Notes under the pieces: model-generated
The model's database searches: none
Told to the model about the DNA's origin: nothing
The model's input: only the letters and a program-made list of their open reading frames with translations
DNA from: Paracoccus sp. UBA889
GTDB lineage: Bacteria; Pseudomonadota; Alphaproteobacteria; Rhodobacterales; Rhodobacteraceae
NCBI RefSeq assembly: GCF_002294185.1
Contig: NZ_DBFD01000050.1
DNA length: 64,000 nt
Strand: one strand, 5' to 3'
Part shown: positions 1-9,605 of the stretch, in pieces
Numbering within the stretch: the stretch's first letter is position 1
Layout: the number at the start of each line of letters is the position of its first letter
Position numbers and translations under genes: made by a program

Positions 1-2
1 AT

Positions 3-1160
3 CTTGCCGTGTCGCCGGTGATCGGGGCGGCGCTGCTGTCGCTGTGCGACGGGCTGGTGCTTGGCCTTGCGGCCGCCGGCGGGGCTGAATTGCCGACCGG
101 TGCCGTGACCGGGCTGATCGGGGGGCCGCTGCTGATCTGGCTGCTGCCCCGCCTGCGCGGCACCACGCCGCCGGGAACCGAGACCGCCGAAGGCCCCGCC
201 CCGCGCCGCGCCCGGCCGGCGCGCCTGCTGATCACCCTGGCGATCGGGGCTCTGGCGGCGGCGCTGGCGATGCTGTGGATCGGGCGCGGCCCGCAGGGCT
301 GGCTGCTGCTGGACCCGCAAAGCCTTGCCGCCTTCCTGCCGATGCGCCTGCCGCGCCTGATCGCCGCCGCCTCGGCCGGGGCGGCGCTGGCCATGGCGGG
401 CGCGATCCTGCAACGGCTGACGGCCAATCCGCTGGCCTCGCCCGAGGTGCTGGGCGTGTCGGGCGGCGCCTCGCTGGGCTATGCTGCGGTGGTGTTCGTT
501 GCCGTCGCCCCGACAGCGGCGTTGCTGGGCGCCGGCGCGACGATCGGCGGGGCCGTGGCGCTGGCCCTGGTCGCGGCCTTCACCGCAAGCCGCGACATGC
601 CGCCCGAACGCATCCTGCTGGCGGGAATCGCGATATCGGCGCTGGCGACCGCGGTCCTGTCGGCGATCATGGCCACGGGCGACGCGCGATCCTGGGTCAT
701 CCTGGGCTGGCTGGCGGGATCATCCTCGGGCGTGGGCATGCGCGGCGCCCTGGCCCTGAGCCTGGTCGCGGCGGGGATGCTGGCGGCCTGTCTCGGCGTG
801 CGTCGATGGCTGGCGCTGATGCCACTGGGCGGCGAGACGGCGATCGGGCTGGGCCTGCCCTTGCGGCGCGCGCGGTTGTTTCTGATCCTGTTGTCGGGGA
901 TCGGCACCGGCGCCGCGACGGTGCTCGTCGGCCCGCTCAGCTTCGTCGGGCTGATGGCGCCGCATCTGGCGCGCCGGCTGGGCCTGGCGCGGCCATCGCA
1001 TCACGTCACCGGTGCCGCGCTGATCGGGGCCGGCCTGATGCTGGCCGCCGATTTCGGTTCCCGGATGGCGGGCTTTCCCTATGATCTGCCGCTGGGCCTT
1101 TTCGCGTCGCTTCTGGGGGCACCCTGGCTGATCTGGCTGATCACGAGGCGTCCGGGATGA
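3..1160 (+). CDS. fhuB: Fe(3+)-hydroxamate ABC permease FhuB, C-terminal part (5' truncated by window edge)
   Basis: Frame is open from the window edge. Contains the end of one FecCD repeat (LPTGAVTGLIGGP) and a full second one (RLPRLIAA, NPLASPEVLGV, LSFVGLMAPH), the duplicated FhuB architecture. Confidence 0.88.
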   Translation, partial: LAVSPVIGAALLSLCDGLVLGLAAAGGAELPTGAVTGLIGGPLLIWLLPRLRGTTPPGTETAEGPAPRRARPARLLITLAIGALAAALAMLWIGRGPQGWLLLDPQSLAAFLPMRLPRLIAAASAGAALAMAGAILQRLTANPLASPEVLGVSGGASLGYAAVVFVAVAPTAALLGAGATIGGAVALALVAAFTASRDMPPERILLAGIAISALATAVLSAIMATGDARSWVILGWLAGSSSGVGMRGALALSLVAAGMLAACLGVRRWLALMPLGGETAIGLGLPLRRARLFLILLSGIGTGAATVLVGPLSFVGLMAPHLARRLGLARPSHHVTGAALIGAGLMLAADFGSRMAGFPYDLPLGLFASLLGAPWLIWLITRRPG

Positions 1161-1924
1161 GCCTTTTCGCGATCCGCAGACTTGGCGTCGATGTCGCCGG
1201 GCGCCGGCTGATAAAAGGGCTGGACGCCGATCTGCCATCGGGGCGGGTGATCGCGCTGATCGGTCACAACGGCTCGGGCAAGTCCACCCTGCTGAAGGCG
1301 CTGGCCCGGCAAATGCCCTGCACGGGCCGCGTCAGCTTCGAAGGCCGCGACCTGCGCGACTGGCATCCGCGCGATTATGCCCGCAGGCTGGGCTATCTGC
1401 CGCAGACGACCCCGCCGGCCGAAGGGATGCTGGTGCGCGAACTGGTCGCGCTTGGCCGCTATCCGTGGCACGGCGCGCTTGGCCGCATCGGATCGCGCGA
1501 CCGTCAGGCCATCGCCCTTGCGCTTGCTGAATGCGGGCTGGAGCCGATGGCCGGCCGCCTTGTCGATACGCTGTCGGGGGGCGAGCGGCAGCGGGCCTGG
1601 CTTGCGATGATGATTGCGCAGCAGGCGGGCACCCTGTTGCTGGACGAGCCCATCTCGGCGCTGGACATCGCCCATCAGGTCGAGGTGCTGTCCCTGGTGC
1701 GGCGGATGTGCCACGATCAGGGCCGCAGCGCGGTGATCGTGCTGCACGACGTCAACATGGCGGCCCGGTTCTGCGATCATGTCCTGGCGCTGAAGGGCGG
1801 CCGGCTGGTGATGCAGGGCGACCCCGACGCGCTGATGCGACCGGCGATGCTGGCCCGGATCTATGGCCTGGGGATGCAGGTGCTGACCCGCGACGATGGC
1901 GCCCGCGTGGCCATTCCCGCCTGA
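1157..1924 (+). CDS. fhuC: Iron-siderophore ABC ATP-binding protein (FhuC-like)
   Basis: Walker A GHNGSGKST, LSGGERQR signature, LLLDEP; ATGA overlap with fhuB. Confidence 0.9.
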   Translation: MSLFAIRRLGVDVAGRRLIKGLDADLPSGRVIALIGHNGSGKSTLLKALARQMPCTGRVSFEGRDLRDWHPRDYARRLGYLPQTTPPAEGMLVRELVALGRYPWHGALGRIGSRDRQAIALALAECGLEPMAGRLVDTLSGGERQRAWLAMMIAQQAGTLLLDEPISALDIAHQVEVLSLVRRMCHDQGRSAVIVLHDVNMAARFCDHVLALKGGRLVMQGDPDALMRPAMLARIYGLGMQVLTRDDGARVAIPA

Positions 1925-1967
1925 TAAATCCGGATGCCGCGCGGTCCCTTGCCATTGCCGGCAAGGC

Positions 1968-2939
1968 TCAGCCCCAATAGGCCGCGGCCGTGTATCCGGT
2001 CTTGTCGAGGCCGCGATCCCGCAACATCCGTCTGGCCGACCGCGCCTCGTTGGCCGGTCCCGCGAACCAGACGTGATCGTTCTGATCCAGAGGCCCCAGA
2101 AGGGCCAATGCGCCCAGCAGATCGTCGCTGGCAATCACGCGGCGATCGTTTGCCAGCGGCCCCATATCCTCGGGCGCGCAGCGCAGGACGGCGCGCACCC
2201 TGCCGCGCGCCAGAACCAGCATCCGGGCAATGGCCGGCAGGGCCGTCTGGTCGCCGAACAGGAACAGCCGCCGCGCATCGGGACACCAGCCGCCACCGGG
2301 ACCGGTGATGCCCACCTGCTGGCCCTGGGGTCCGGCCAGCGCCCAATCGCAGGTCGGGCTGTCCGCATGCGCGAACGCGTCGAAATCCAGCCAGTCCTGA
2401 TCCTGCCCGGTCACGGTATAGACCGGCCTGTGCATCGCATCCGCCCCGTCGGGCCAGATGGTCCGTCCCGAGGCGCCGATCCGTGGCCAGACAGGCGCGC
2501 GGCCCGGCGGCGGGATCAGCAGCCGGAAATGCAGGCCGTCCTGGGCAAAGCGTGGCATGTCCGCACCGCGCAGCCGGATCCGCAGAAAGCCGGGGCTGCG
2601 CCGCATCACGGACAGCACCCGCACCAGTGAAAGCCCGGGCGCCAGCGCGCCAGTATCGACATGATCCCACGCGACCGCCAACCCGGCCTCGTCGAACAAT
2701 TCCGAGGCGCTGTCGCGCAGCGTGGCCAGCATCCGTTGATCCGGTGCGGCCAGATCGATGCGCAGGCCGGCGCCCTCGGGCGTCAGGCGCAATTCGCAGT
2801 TCCAGAGAAACAGGCACAGCCCCTCATCCGTTTCGACCAGAGGCAGATCCCAGGCGGCGGCCCGCGCCTTCAGTGCGACGGCTGCGGCGCCTGATCTGTG
2901 GGCGATCCGTCCCCTTGATCGGTGGCTGCGGTCGAACAT
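1968..2939 (-). CDS. Siderophore-interacting protein (ViuB/FAD-binding) with extra N-terminal domain
   Basis: GLHFRLLIPP, RPVYTV, GPGGG, GDQTALPAIAR and C-terminal AYWG are SIP motifs; about 75 extra N-terminal residues; RBS GAAAGGG. Confidence 0.85.
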   Translation of the reverse strand: MFDRSHRSRGRIAHRSGAAAVALKARAAAWDLPLVETDEGLCLFLWNCELRLTPEGAGLRIDLAAPDQRMLATLRDSASELFDEAGLAVAWDHVDTGALAPGLSLVRVLSVMRRSPGFLRIRLRGADMPRFAQDGLHFRLLIPPPGRAPVWPRIGASGRTIWPDGADAMHRPVYTVTGQDQDWLDFDAFAHADSPTCDWALAGPQGQQVGITGPGGGWCPDARRLFLFGDQTALPAIARMLVLARGRVRAVLRCAPEDMGPLANDRRVIASDDLLGALALLGPLDQNDHVWFAGPANEARSARRMLRDRGLDKTGYTAAAYWG

Positions 2940-2984
2940 GCCTGACCCTTTCCGATGTCGAAACTGGCCGGACGATAAAACGAA

Positions 2985-2997
2985 GTGATTTACTCAA
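2985..2997 (-). promoter_or_regulatory. Possible degenerate Iron-Rhodo (IscR-type) box upstream of SIP
   Basis: Minus strand reads TGAGTAAATCACT, a partial match to TGACTrAwTyAGTCA, about 50 bp upstream of an iron gene. Several mismatches. Confidence 0.3.
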
Positions 2998-3087
2998 CAA
3001 TACCCTTTGGCAAGGCCGCGCGGCGGGCGCAGGATCGCGCCGGCTTCGGTTCGTCGCTCAGTCGCAGGGCAGATGGACCGGCGCCGA

Positions 3088-4311
3088 TCAACCTGCCAGC
3101 CAGTCCATATAGGCCTGCGTGCCGCCGTTCCGGGCGGCGGCCGCGGCGGCCTTGGCGTCGATCGCGGCCGCCGCCGCGCCATCGCTCAGCCCCGCGACCA
3201 GGATATCGCGCACCATCCGGGCCTGACCCTGCATCAGGTTGCAGGGATCCAGCTGGAAATAGCCCTGCTCGACCTCGTGTCCGCGCACGATCAGCGGCGG
3301 ATCCTGCCGACCCAGGATCTCGGCGAATTGCGCGGCGCTGGCCCCCGCGCGTGCCGGATCGACCCAGACCTGCAACCGCTCCAGCGGGTTTCCGGTAGGG
3401 TCGGGAATGCGGACCGGGGTGATGCCCGGCAGACCTTCGATGGCGGTCTTCCACATGTCCAGCGCGCGGGTTTCCTCGGCCCGGATGGCGTCGTGATCGC
3501 GTTCCATCCACTGCGCCATCGCCTCGATGGCGCCGGCGATGCTTTCCTTGCCGATCTTCATGCCGCGGCCGATGCCGATATTCTGCAGATAGGCCGCGCG
3601 GATCAGATCCCTGCGCCCCGCCACGATCCCCGAGGTCGGCCCGCCCATGAACTTGTGGCCCGAATAGATGGCGATATCGGCACCCCCGGCCAGAAATCCC
3701 GTCAGATCATATTCCGAGGCCGCGTCCACGATCACCGGAACGCCCCTGGCATGGCAGATGGCCGCGAATGTCTCCAACGGGATCATCCCGTAATCCACCA
3801 CATGATGCGACACGACATACAGCGCCGCGGCGCAACCCTCCAGCGCGGCATCCAGCTGGTAATCCTTGGCCAGCGTCGATTGCCCGACGATCCGCGTGGC
3901 GCCCCCCGCCAGTGCGATGGCCTGGCTGACCGGCGCGCCATATTCGCACAGATGGCCCATCTGCACCGCGACGCCGTTGCCGGGCCCCGGATCGCCCGGC
4001 AGCGCCTCGGCGCGCGCGGGATCCAGCCCGGTGATGCAGCCCGCGACCGCCAGTGTGATCCCGGCGCTGGCCGAGGCGGTCAGGAACCCGGCCTCGGCGC
4101 CGGTCAATTGCGCGATCACCTCGGATGCGCGGGCCTGCATCTCGTGGATACGGACGAAGCGGGGCATCGCGGCGGCGGTCGCCTCGGCCACCCGGCGGGT
4201 GGCGATCGACCCGCCCAGTGACGTCATCGTACCCGACGTGTTGATCACCCGCGCAAAGCCCTGCGCGTCATGCCAAGACCAATCGACGGGGTATCCGGTA
4301 TTTCCAAGCAT
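3088..4311 (-). CDS. SelA-like / DgaE-family PLP-dependent ammonia-lyase
   Basis: VINTSGTMTSLGG, VIVDAASE, PLP-lysine motif YSGHKFMGGPTSG, GRGMKIGKE. Start re-picked at ATG 4311 behind AAAGG. Confidence 0.85.
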   Translation of the reverse strand: MLGNTGYPVDWSWHDAQGFARVINTSGTMTSLGGSIATRRVAEATAAAMPRFVRIHEMQARASEVIAQLTGAEAGFLTASASAGITLAVAGCITGLDPARAEALPGDPGPGNGVAVQMGHLCEYGAPVSQAIALAGGATRIVGQSTLAKDYQLDAALEGCAAALYVVSHHVVDYGMIPLETFAAICHARGVPVIVDAASEYDLTGFLAGGADIAIYSGHKFMGGPTSGIVAGRRDLIRAAYLQNIGIGRGMKIGKESIAGAIEAMAQWMERDHDAIRAEETRALDMWKTAIEGLPGITPVRIPDPTGNPLERLQVWVDPARAGASAAQFAEILGRQDPPLIVRGHEVEQGYFQLDPCNLMQGQARMVRDILVAGLSDGAAAAAIDAKAAAAAARNGGTQAYMDWLAG

Positions 4312-4336
4312 GGGAGAGCCTTTCTGCGCTTGAGAA

Positions 4337-4353
4337 GATTTCCATAATTGCGT
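4337..4353. promoter_or_regulatory. Candidate IclR operator, copy 1 (GATTTCCATAATTGCGT)
   Basis: Lies in the divergent SelA-like/IclR intergenic; near-identical 17-mer at 12157-12173. Confidence 0.5.
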
Positions 4354-4369
4354 AGGTTGCATCAAAACG

Positions 4370-5179
4370 ATGGAAACGACGATGAGCGACGATCCCGGCC
4401 CGGCCGACATCCAGACGACGCGGCGCAGCCGGACCAGCGGCATCGACCGTTCGCTTCAGATCCTCGATATCCTGACCGAGCGGCACCAGCCGATGAGCGC
4501 CTATGACCTGGCCAGGGCGACGGGCGCGCCGCCCTCGACCGTCTACAAGCTGATCGACGAGTTGACCGAACGGAACATGCTGTCGCGCAGCGCCGATGGC
4601 CGCGCCTGGCTGGGGCCGCGCCTGATGCGGTACGGCCTGGCCTACCGCGCCCGCGTCAACGCCTTCAACGAGGCCGAGCGCGCCATGTTCGCGCTGAACG
4701 AACGGGTGGCCGAAATGGTCCAGATCTGCGCCCGCGACGAGGGGATGATGCAGGTCGTGGCCATGGCCGAGGGTTCGGGGCCGTTCCGCGTCACCTCGGA
4801 TGTGGGCACGCGGGTGCCGCTGAACTGGACCGCCTCGGGGCGGCTGCTGATCGGCCATCTGCCCGATGCCGAACGGCTGGCGGTCTTTGCCGAATGTGCG
4901 CGTCCTTCCAATACCGGGCTGGCCGAGACCGATCCGGCGATCCTGGCCGACCTGTCCCGGCGCGATTTCCTGGACGGGCTGTCGGTGCAGATCGACACCT
5001 CCGAAGATCAGGTGGCCTGCATCGCCGCGCCCGTGCGCGGACAGGACGGCACCTGCCAGCTGACCCTGTCGGTGGTCATGCCCAAGCACCGCGTTCCCGA
5101 CAAGTTCGACCTTGTGGCCGAGGCCGTGCGCGAGGCGGCGCGATCGGTGGAAAAGGCGCTTGGGCTGCATCACCGCTGA
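4370..5179 (+). CDS. IclR family transcriptional regulator
   Basis: N-terminal HTH (GIDRSLQILDIL...STVYKL) and IclR effector domain (TASGRLLIG, CIAAPV). Alternative start at 4382. Confidence 0.9.
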   Translation: METTMSDDPGPADIQTTRRSRTSGIDRSLQILDILTERHQPMSAYDLARATGAPPSTVYKLIDELTERNMLSRSADGRAWLGPRLMRYGLAYRARVNAFNEAERAMFALNERVAEMVQICARDEGMMQVVAMAEGSGPFRVTSDVGTRVPLNWTASGRLLIGHLPDAERLAVFAECARPSNTGLAETDPAILADLSRRDFLDGLSVQIDTSEDQVACIAAPVRGQDGTCQLTLSVVMPKHRVPDKFDLVAEAVREAARSVEKALGLHHR

Positions 5180-5661
5180 TCCGCGACCTCGAAGATCGCC
5201 TCGATCTCGACCGGGATGCGGTTGGGCAGCGATCCCACGCCAAAGGCCGACCGGGCATGGATGCCGGTTTCGCCGAACACCTCGGCCAGCAGGTCGGAGG
5301 CGCCGTCGATGACGAAGGGATGGCGTTCGAAATCGGAATCGGCATTGACCATGCCCAACAGCTTGACCACGCCGCCCACCCGGTCCAGCGAACCAAGCGC
5401 ATCGCGCAGCGCCGACAGGATGTTGATCGCGACCAGCCGGGCATGATCACGAGCCTCCTCGGCGCTGATCTCGGCTCCGACCTTGCCGCGGATCAGGCTG
5501 CCATCGGCACGGACCGGCCCCTGGCCCGAGACATAGATCATCCCCCCCGAAACCCGGACATTGCGGAATGATCCGATGGGTTTCGGCGCGGCGTCGGGCA
5601 GGGTGATCCCGATCCGGACCAGCCGCGTCTCAGGCGTGGTTGGCAGCGACGTGATGTCCAT
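5170..5661 (-). CDS. RidA/YjgF/UK114 family (Rid) enamine/imine deaminase
   Basis: IYVSGQGP, GKVG, VKLLGMVN, HARSAFGV, PVEIEAIF; the conserved Arg is present. Confidence 0.88.
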   Translation of the reverse strand: MDITSLPTTPETRLVRIGITLPDAAPKPIGSFRNVRVSGGMIYVSGQGPVRADGSLIRGKVGAEISAEEARDHARLVAINILSALRDALGSLDRVGGVVKLLGMVNADSDFERHPFVIDGASDLLAEVFGETGIHARSAFGVGSLPNRIPVEIEAIFEVADQR

Positions 5662-6613
5662 AAAGATCCTCGGCTCTCTTGCAATGGCTCTGGTGATCGG
5701 GCGTGACCGGATGCGCCGTGGGCGCGCCCTGGGCGCAGATTTCGGCGGCATGGGGGCATCGGGTGCGGAAGACGCAGCCCGATGGCGGGTTCAGCGGGCT
5801 GGGAATATCGCCCTGAAGCGGCGTCCGGCCCCGTGCCGCGCGCGGATCGGGCAGCGGAATGGCCGAATTCAGCGCACGGGTATAGGGATGGGCCGACGCC
5901 TTGTGGATCGCGGCGGCGGGGCCGATCTCCATCAGCCGGCCCAGATACAGCACCGCGACCTGATCGCAGAGATAATTCACCACCGACAGGTCATGGGCGA
6001 TGAAAAGCATCGTAAGGTTCCGCTTCTGCCGCAGATCCAGCAACAGGTTCAGCACCTGCGCCTGGATCGACACGTCCAGCGCCGAGACGCTTTCATCGGC
6101 GACGATGAATTCCGGCTCCAGCGCCAGGGCGCGGGCGATGCCGATCCGCTGCCGCTGCCCGCCCGAGAAGGCATGAGGATAGCGGTTCATGTGATCGGCG
6201 CTCAGCCCGACCTCCTCCAGCAGCGCGGCCACGCGATCGCGGCGCTCGGCGCGGGTGCCGATGCCATGGGCGCGCAGGCCCTCGGCCACCAGATCGCCCA
6301 CCTTCAGGCGCGGGTTCAGCGATGACATCGGATCCTGAAAGATGATCTGCATCCGCCGCCGCATGTCGCGCATCTTGGCGTCGGGCAGGGTGGTGATGTC
6401 GGTGCCGTCAAAGTGGATCTGCCCGGCCGATGGTTGGACCAGCCGCAGCAGCGTGCGGCCCAGCGTGGTCTTGCCCGAGCCGCTTTCGCCCACCAGCCCG
6501 GTGATCGAGCCGCGCGGAATGTCGAAACTGACATCCTCGACCGCGTGAACGATGCCGGACGGCGTGTGGAACCGCCTGGTCAGGTTGCGGATCCGGATCA
6601 GCGCGTCGCTCAT
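5630..6613 (-). CDS. Peptide/nickel-type ABC ATP-binding protein (OppF-like)
   Basis: GESGSGKTT, FSGGQRQRIGIARAL, C-terminal oligo_HPY domain (HPYT...GCVFRTRC). Confidence 0.92.
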   Translation of the reverse strand: MSDALIRIRNLTRRFHTPSGIVHAVEDVSFDIPRGSITGLVGESGSGKTTLGRTLLRLVQPSAGQIHFDGTDITTLPDAKMRDMRRRMQIIFQDPMSSLNPRLKVGDLVAEGLRAHGIGTRAERRDRVAALLEEVGLSADHMNRYPHAFSGGQRQRIGIARALALEPEFIVADESVSALDVSIQAQVLNLLLDLRQKRNLTMLFIAHDLSVVNYLCDQVAVLYLGRLMEIGPAAAIHKASAHPYTRALNSAIPLPDPRAARGRTPLQGDIPSPLNPPSGCVFRTRCPHAAEICAQGAPTAHPVTPDHQSHCKRAEDLYGHHVAANHA

Positions 6614-7614
6614 GCCGGCACCGCCCGTTCCAGAATGCAGGCCGCCAGATGGCCCGGCGCCTTTTCCCGCAGCGCCACCGGCGCGCGGCATTCGGCCCGC
6701 GCATGGGGACAGCGCGGCGCGAAGGCGCAGCCTGGCGGCAGGTCGGTCAGCGCCGGCACCGTGCCCGCAATCGGGACCAGCCTTTCGCCAGCGGCCAGCC
6801 CCTCGCGCGGGATCGAGTTCAGCAGACCCTGCGAATAGGGATGGCGGGTGTCGTCGAACAGGTCCATCACGCCGGCCTGTTCGACCACCGCGCCCGCATA
6901 CATGACCGCCACGTCATCGGCCATTTCCGCGACCACACCCATGTCATGGGTGATGAACAGGATCGACATGCCCAGATCCTTCTGCAGCCGCCGCATCAGG
7001 TCCAGGATCTGCGCCTGGATGGTCACGTCCAGGGCCGTCGTCGGCTCGTCCGCGATCAGCAGGGCCGGGTTGCAGATCAGGCCCATGGCGATCATCACCC
7101 GCTGCCGCATCCCGCCCGACAATTCGTGCGGATAGGCATCGACGCGGGCGGCCGCGCCGGGAATTTCGACCAGTTCCAGCATCTCGATCACCCGCTTGCG
7201 GCGCTGCGCCGCCGGCAGGGTCTCGTGCAGGAACAGCATCTCGCCGATCTGGTCGCCGATGGTGAAAAGCGGGTTCAGCGAGGACATCGGCTCCTGGAAG
7301 ATCATCGAGATGCCGGGGCCGCGCAGCCGCCGGAACCCCGCCGCGTCCAGACCCGCCAGATCGGTCAGCGATCCGTCGCGGCCGCGAAATTCCAGCCGCC
7401 CCGACCGCACCCGCCCCGAAGGCGGCAGCAGTCCCATCAGCGCCAGCGAGGTGAGCGACTTGCCCGATCCGCTTTCGCCCACCAGCGCCAGCGTCCGGCC
7501 CCGTTCAAGGCTGAAGCTGACATCGCGCAGCGCGGTCACGGCGGCGCGGCCGCGCCCGAAACTGACGCCAAGGTTCTGAACCGACAGGATCGTGTCGCTG
7601 CTGGCATCGCTCAT
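6610..7614 (-). CDS. Peptide/nickel-type ABC ATP-binding protein (OppD-like)
   Basis: [36 protein letters not shown]. Confidence 0.92.
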   Translation of the reverse strand: MSDASSDTILSVQNLGVSFGRGRAAVTALRDVSFSLERGRTLALVGESGSGKSLTSLALMGLLPPSGRVRSGRLEFRGRDGSLTDLAGLDAAGFRRLRGPGISMIFQEPMSSLNPLFTIGDQIGEMLFLHETLPAAQRRKRVIEMLELVEIPGAAARVDAYPHELSGGMRQRVMIAMGLICNPALLIADEPTTALDVTIQAQILDLMRRLQKDLGMSILFITHDMGVVAEMADDVAVMYAGAVVEQAGVMDLFDDTRHPYSQGLLNSIPREGLAAGERLVPIAGTVPALTDLPPGCAFAPRCPHARAECRAPVALREKAPGHLAACILERAVPA

Positions 7615-7618
7615 GGTT

Positions 7619-8743
7619 CTAGCCCTCTGGCGGCAGGCGGCGCGCGGCGGGTTGCGCGTCGCAGCCCAGCACGGTCATGCGCGGCTCGAACATCCGTTCC
7701 ATCACCATGTGGTTGCCCTGGCTGTCCATCGCGTCGACCCGGCTGTCCTCCAGATCGAAGACGGTGAAATCGGCCCGCGTCCCCGGCGCCAGGCCGTCGC
7801 GCCCCGACAGGCCCAGGAAGCCGCGCGGGGCCTGGGTCACGGCGCGGATGCATTCGTCGAAGGGCAGGCCCACCGCCAGCAACTTGGCGATGGTCGTGGC
7901 CATGTCATGGACCGGTCTGGCCATCGAATGGGCGTGCAGATCGGTCGAGATCGAGAACGGCCGCAGCCCGTCGGCCATCGATTCCCGCGCGGTCCTGAAG
8001 TTGAATGACGCGCCGCCATGCCCGATATCCATCAGGATGCCGCGTTCGGCCAGATCCTGCGCCATCCGGAACAGCGCCTCCGTGTCGCGGATCGAGCCTG
8101 CGGGCTTGCCGTTGAAGCAATGGGTCACGATATCGCCGGGCGTCAGGATCGCGAACACCTCGTCGATCAGCGGGGGCGGCTCGCCGACATGGACCATCAG
8201 CGGCAGGTTGGTCATCTCGGCCACCCGCTTGGCGATCCTGGCGGGGGTGATGCCCCAACTTCCCACGATCACGCCCGAGGCGCGCACCTTGATGCCGCAG
8301 ATCACGTCGCGATTGGCCTCGATCACCGCCAGCGTCCGGTCGATGTCGATGGACCGCCAGTCGATCAGCTCGGGCACCCGATTGCAGGCCACCAGCCCGA
8401 TCGAGCCGATGTTCAGGAACGCCTTGATCGTCTCGCTGGCCGGCTCGATCACATATTCGCGCAACCCGTGAAAGCTGGCCTCGCCTGCCGAACCGGCATC
8501 GGCCATCGCCGTCACGCCGGTGGGCCGCCCGGCATCGGAGGCGCGGATCGAGATATCGGTGCCGCCATGCCACACATGGACATGCAGGTCGCACCAGCCG
8601 GGCGACAGCCAGGCGCCCTTCAGGTCCAGCACCTTTGCGCCGCCCACGGGGGCACTGGCGACAAGGCCGTCATCACCCACGAAGATCTCGTCCGGGGCGG
8701 CGTCGAAGCCGGTGGCGCGGAAATTGGTCAGTTTCAGGGCCAA
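7619..8743 (-). CDS. Amidohydrolase/deacetylase family metallohydrolase (COG3964, dihydroorotase-like)
   Basis: DLHVH metal motif, GVTAMADAGSAG, GIKVRAS (carbamylated Lys), MVHVGEPP, THCFNGK, DIGHGGASF, STDLH. TTG start behind AAGGAG. Confidence 0.85.
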   Translation of the reverse strand: MALKLTNFRATGFDAAPDEIFVGDDGLVASAPVGGAKVLDLKGAWLSPGWCDLHVHVWHGGTDISIRASDAGRPTGVTAMADAGSAGEASFHGLREYVIEPASETIKAFLNIGSIGLVACNRVPELIDWRSIDIDRTLAVIEANRDVICGIKVRASGVIVGSWGITPARIAKRVAEMTNLPLMVHVGEPPPLIDEVFAILTPGDIVTHCFNGKPAGSIRDTEALFRMAQDLAERGILMDIGHGGASFNFRTARESMADGLRPFSISTDLHAHSMARPVHDMATTIAKLLAVGLPFDECIRAVTQAPRGFLGLSGRDGLAPGTRADFTVFDLEDSRVDAMDSQGNHMVMERMFEPRMTVLGCDAQPAARRLPPEG

Positions 8744-8744
8744 A

Positions 8745-9605
8745 TCAGGTCTCCTTGGCAAGTCTGGGGTCCAGCGCATCGCGCAAGCCGTCGCCGACGA
8801 TCTGCAACGACAGGACCGACAGCGCGATGGCCGCACCCGGAAAGAGGATCAGGAAGAAGGCAGTGTCGATATAGCGGCGGCCCTCGTTCACCATGATGCC
8901 CCATGTGGGGATCCTGGGATCGACGCCGACGCCCAGAAAGGACAACCCGGCCTCGGCCAGCATTGCATAGGCGAAGATGAAGGTGGCCTGCACCAGGATG
9001 GGCGACATGATGTTGCGCAGCACATGCGTGACCATGATCCTGGGCGTCCGGGTGCCCAGGGCGCGGGCGGCCTCGACATAGGGCAGTTCGCGAATGACCA
9101 GCGTCGAGGCACGCACGATCCGCGCGATGCGCGGCGCATAGACGACCGACAGCGCCAGGATCACGTTGACCATCGTGCCGCCGAAGATCGCCACCAGCGA
9201 CAGCGCCAGCAGGATGTCGGGAAAGGCCATCATCGCGTCGATCAGCCGCGACAGCGGCGTGTCCAGACGCCGGAAAAAGCCCGCGGCCAGCCCGATCACG
9301 ATACCCACCGCCGACGAGATGACGGCGACGCCGAGGCCGATCCCCAGCGAGGTCTGCCCCGCGACCAGCAAGCGGCCCAGCAGGTCGCGCCCGAAGGCAT
9401 CCGCGCCCAGCCAGTATTCGGCGCCCGGCGGCGTCAGCCGCTTGCGCACCGACATGCCGCCGATCTCGGTCACGCCCAGCGTCGGCAGCAGGAAACAGGC
9501 GGCGACGATCAGCACGAAGACGACCAGCGCCACCACCACCGCCGGCCGCTGGAACAGCAGCTTGCGGAACGACGGCGCGGCGATTGCAGGGGATGCGGCG
9601 GCCAT
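8745..9605 (-). CDS. Peptide-type ABC permease (OppC-like)
   Basis: WLGADAFGRDLLGR, EAA-loop YVEAARALG, LAEAGLSFLG. Confidence 0.92.
   Translation of the reverse strand: MAAASPAIAAPSFRKLLFQRPAVVVALVVFVLIVAACFLLPTLGVTEIGGMSVRKRLTPPGAEYWLGADAFGRDLLGRLLVAGQTSLGIGLGVAVISSAVGIVIGLAAGFFRRLDTPLSRLIDAMMAFPDILLALSLVAIFGGTMVNVILALSVVYAPRIARIVRASTLVIRELPYVEAARALGTRTPRIMVTHVLRNIMSPILVQATFIFAYAMLAEAGLSFLGVGVDPRIPTWGIMVNEGRRYIDTAFFLILFPGAAIALSVLSLQIVGDGLRDALDPRLAKET

Noticed and set aside
3088-4311. True selenocysteine synthase SelA
   Set aside because: No selB, selC or selD nearby; size and context (COG3964 partner, Rid) fit the SelA-related DgaE-like family.
7619-8743. Dihydroorotase
   Set aside because: Catabolic/transport context and motifs fit COG3964, which is commonly mis-annotated as dihydroorotase.
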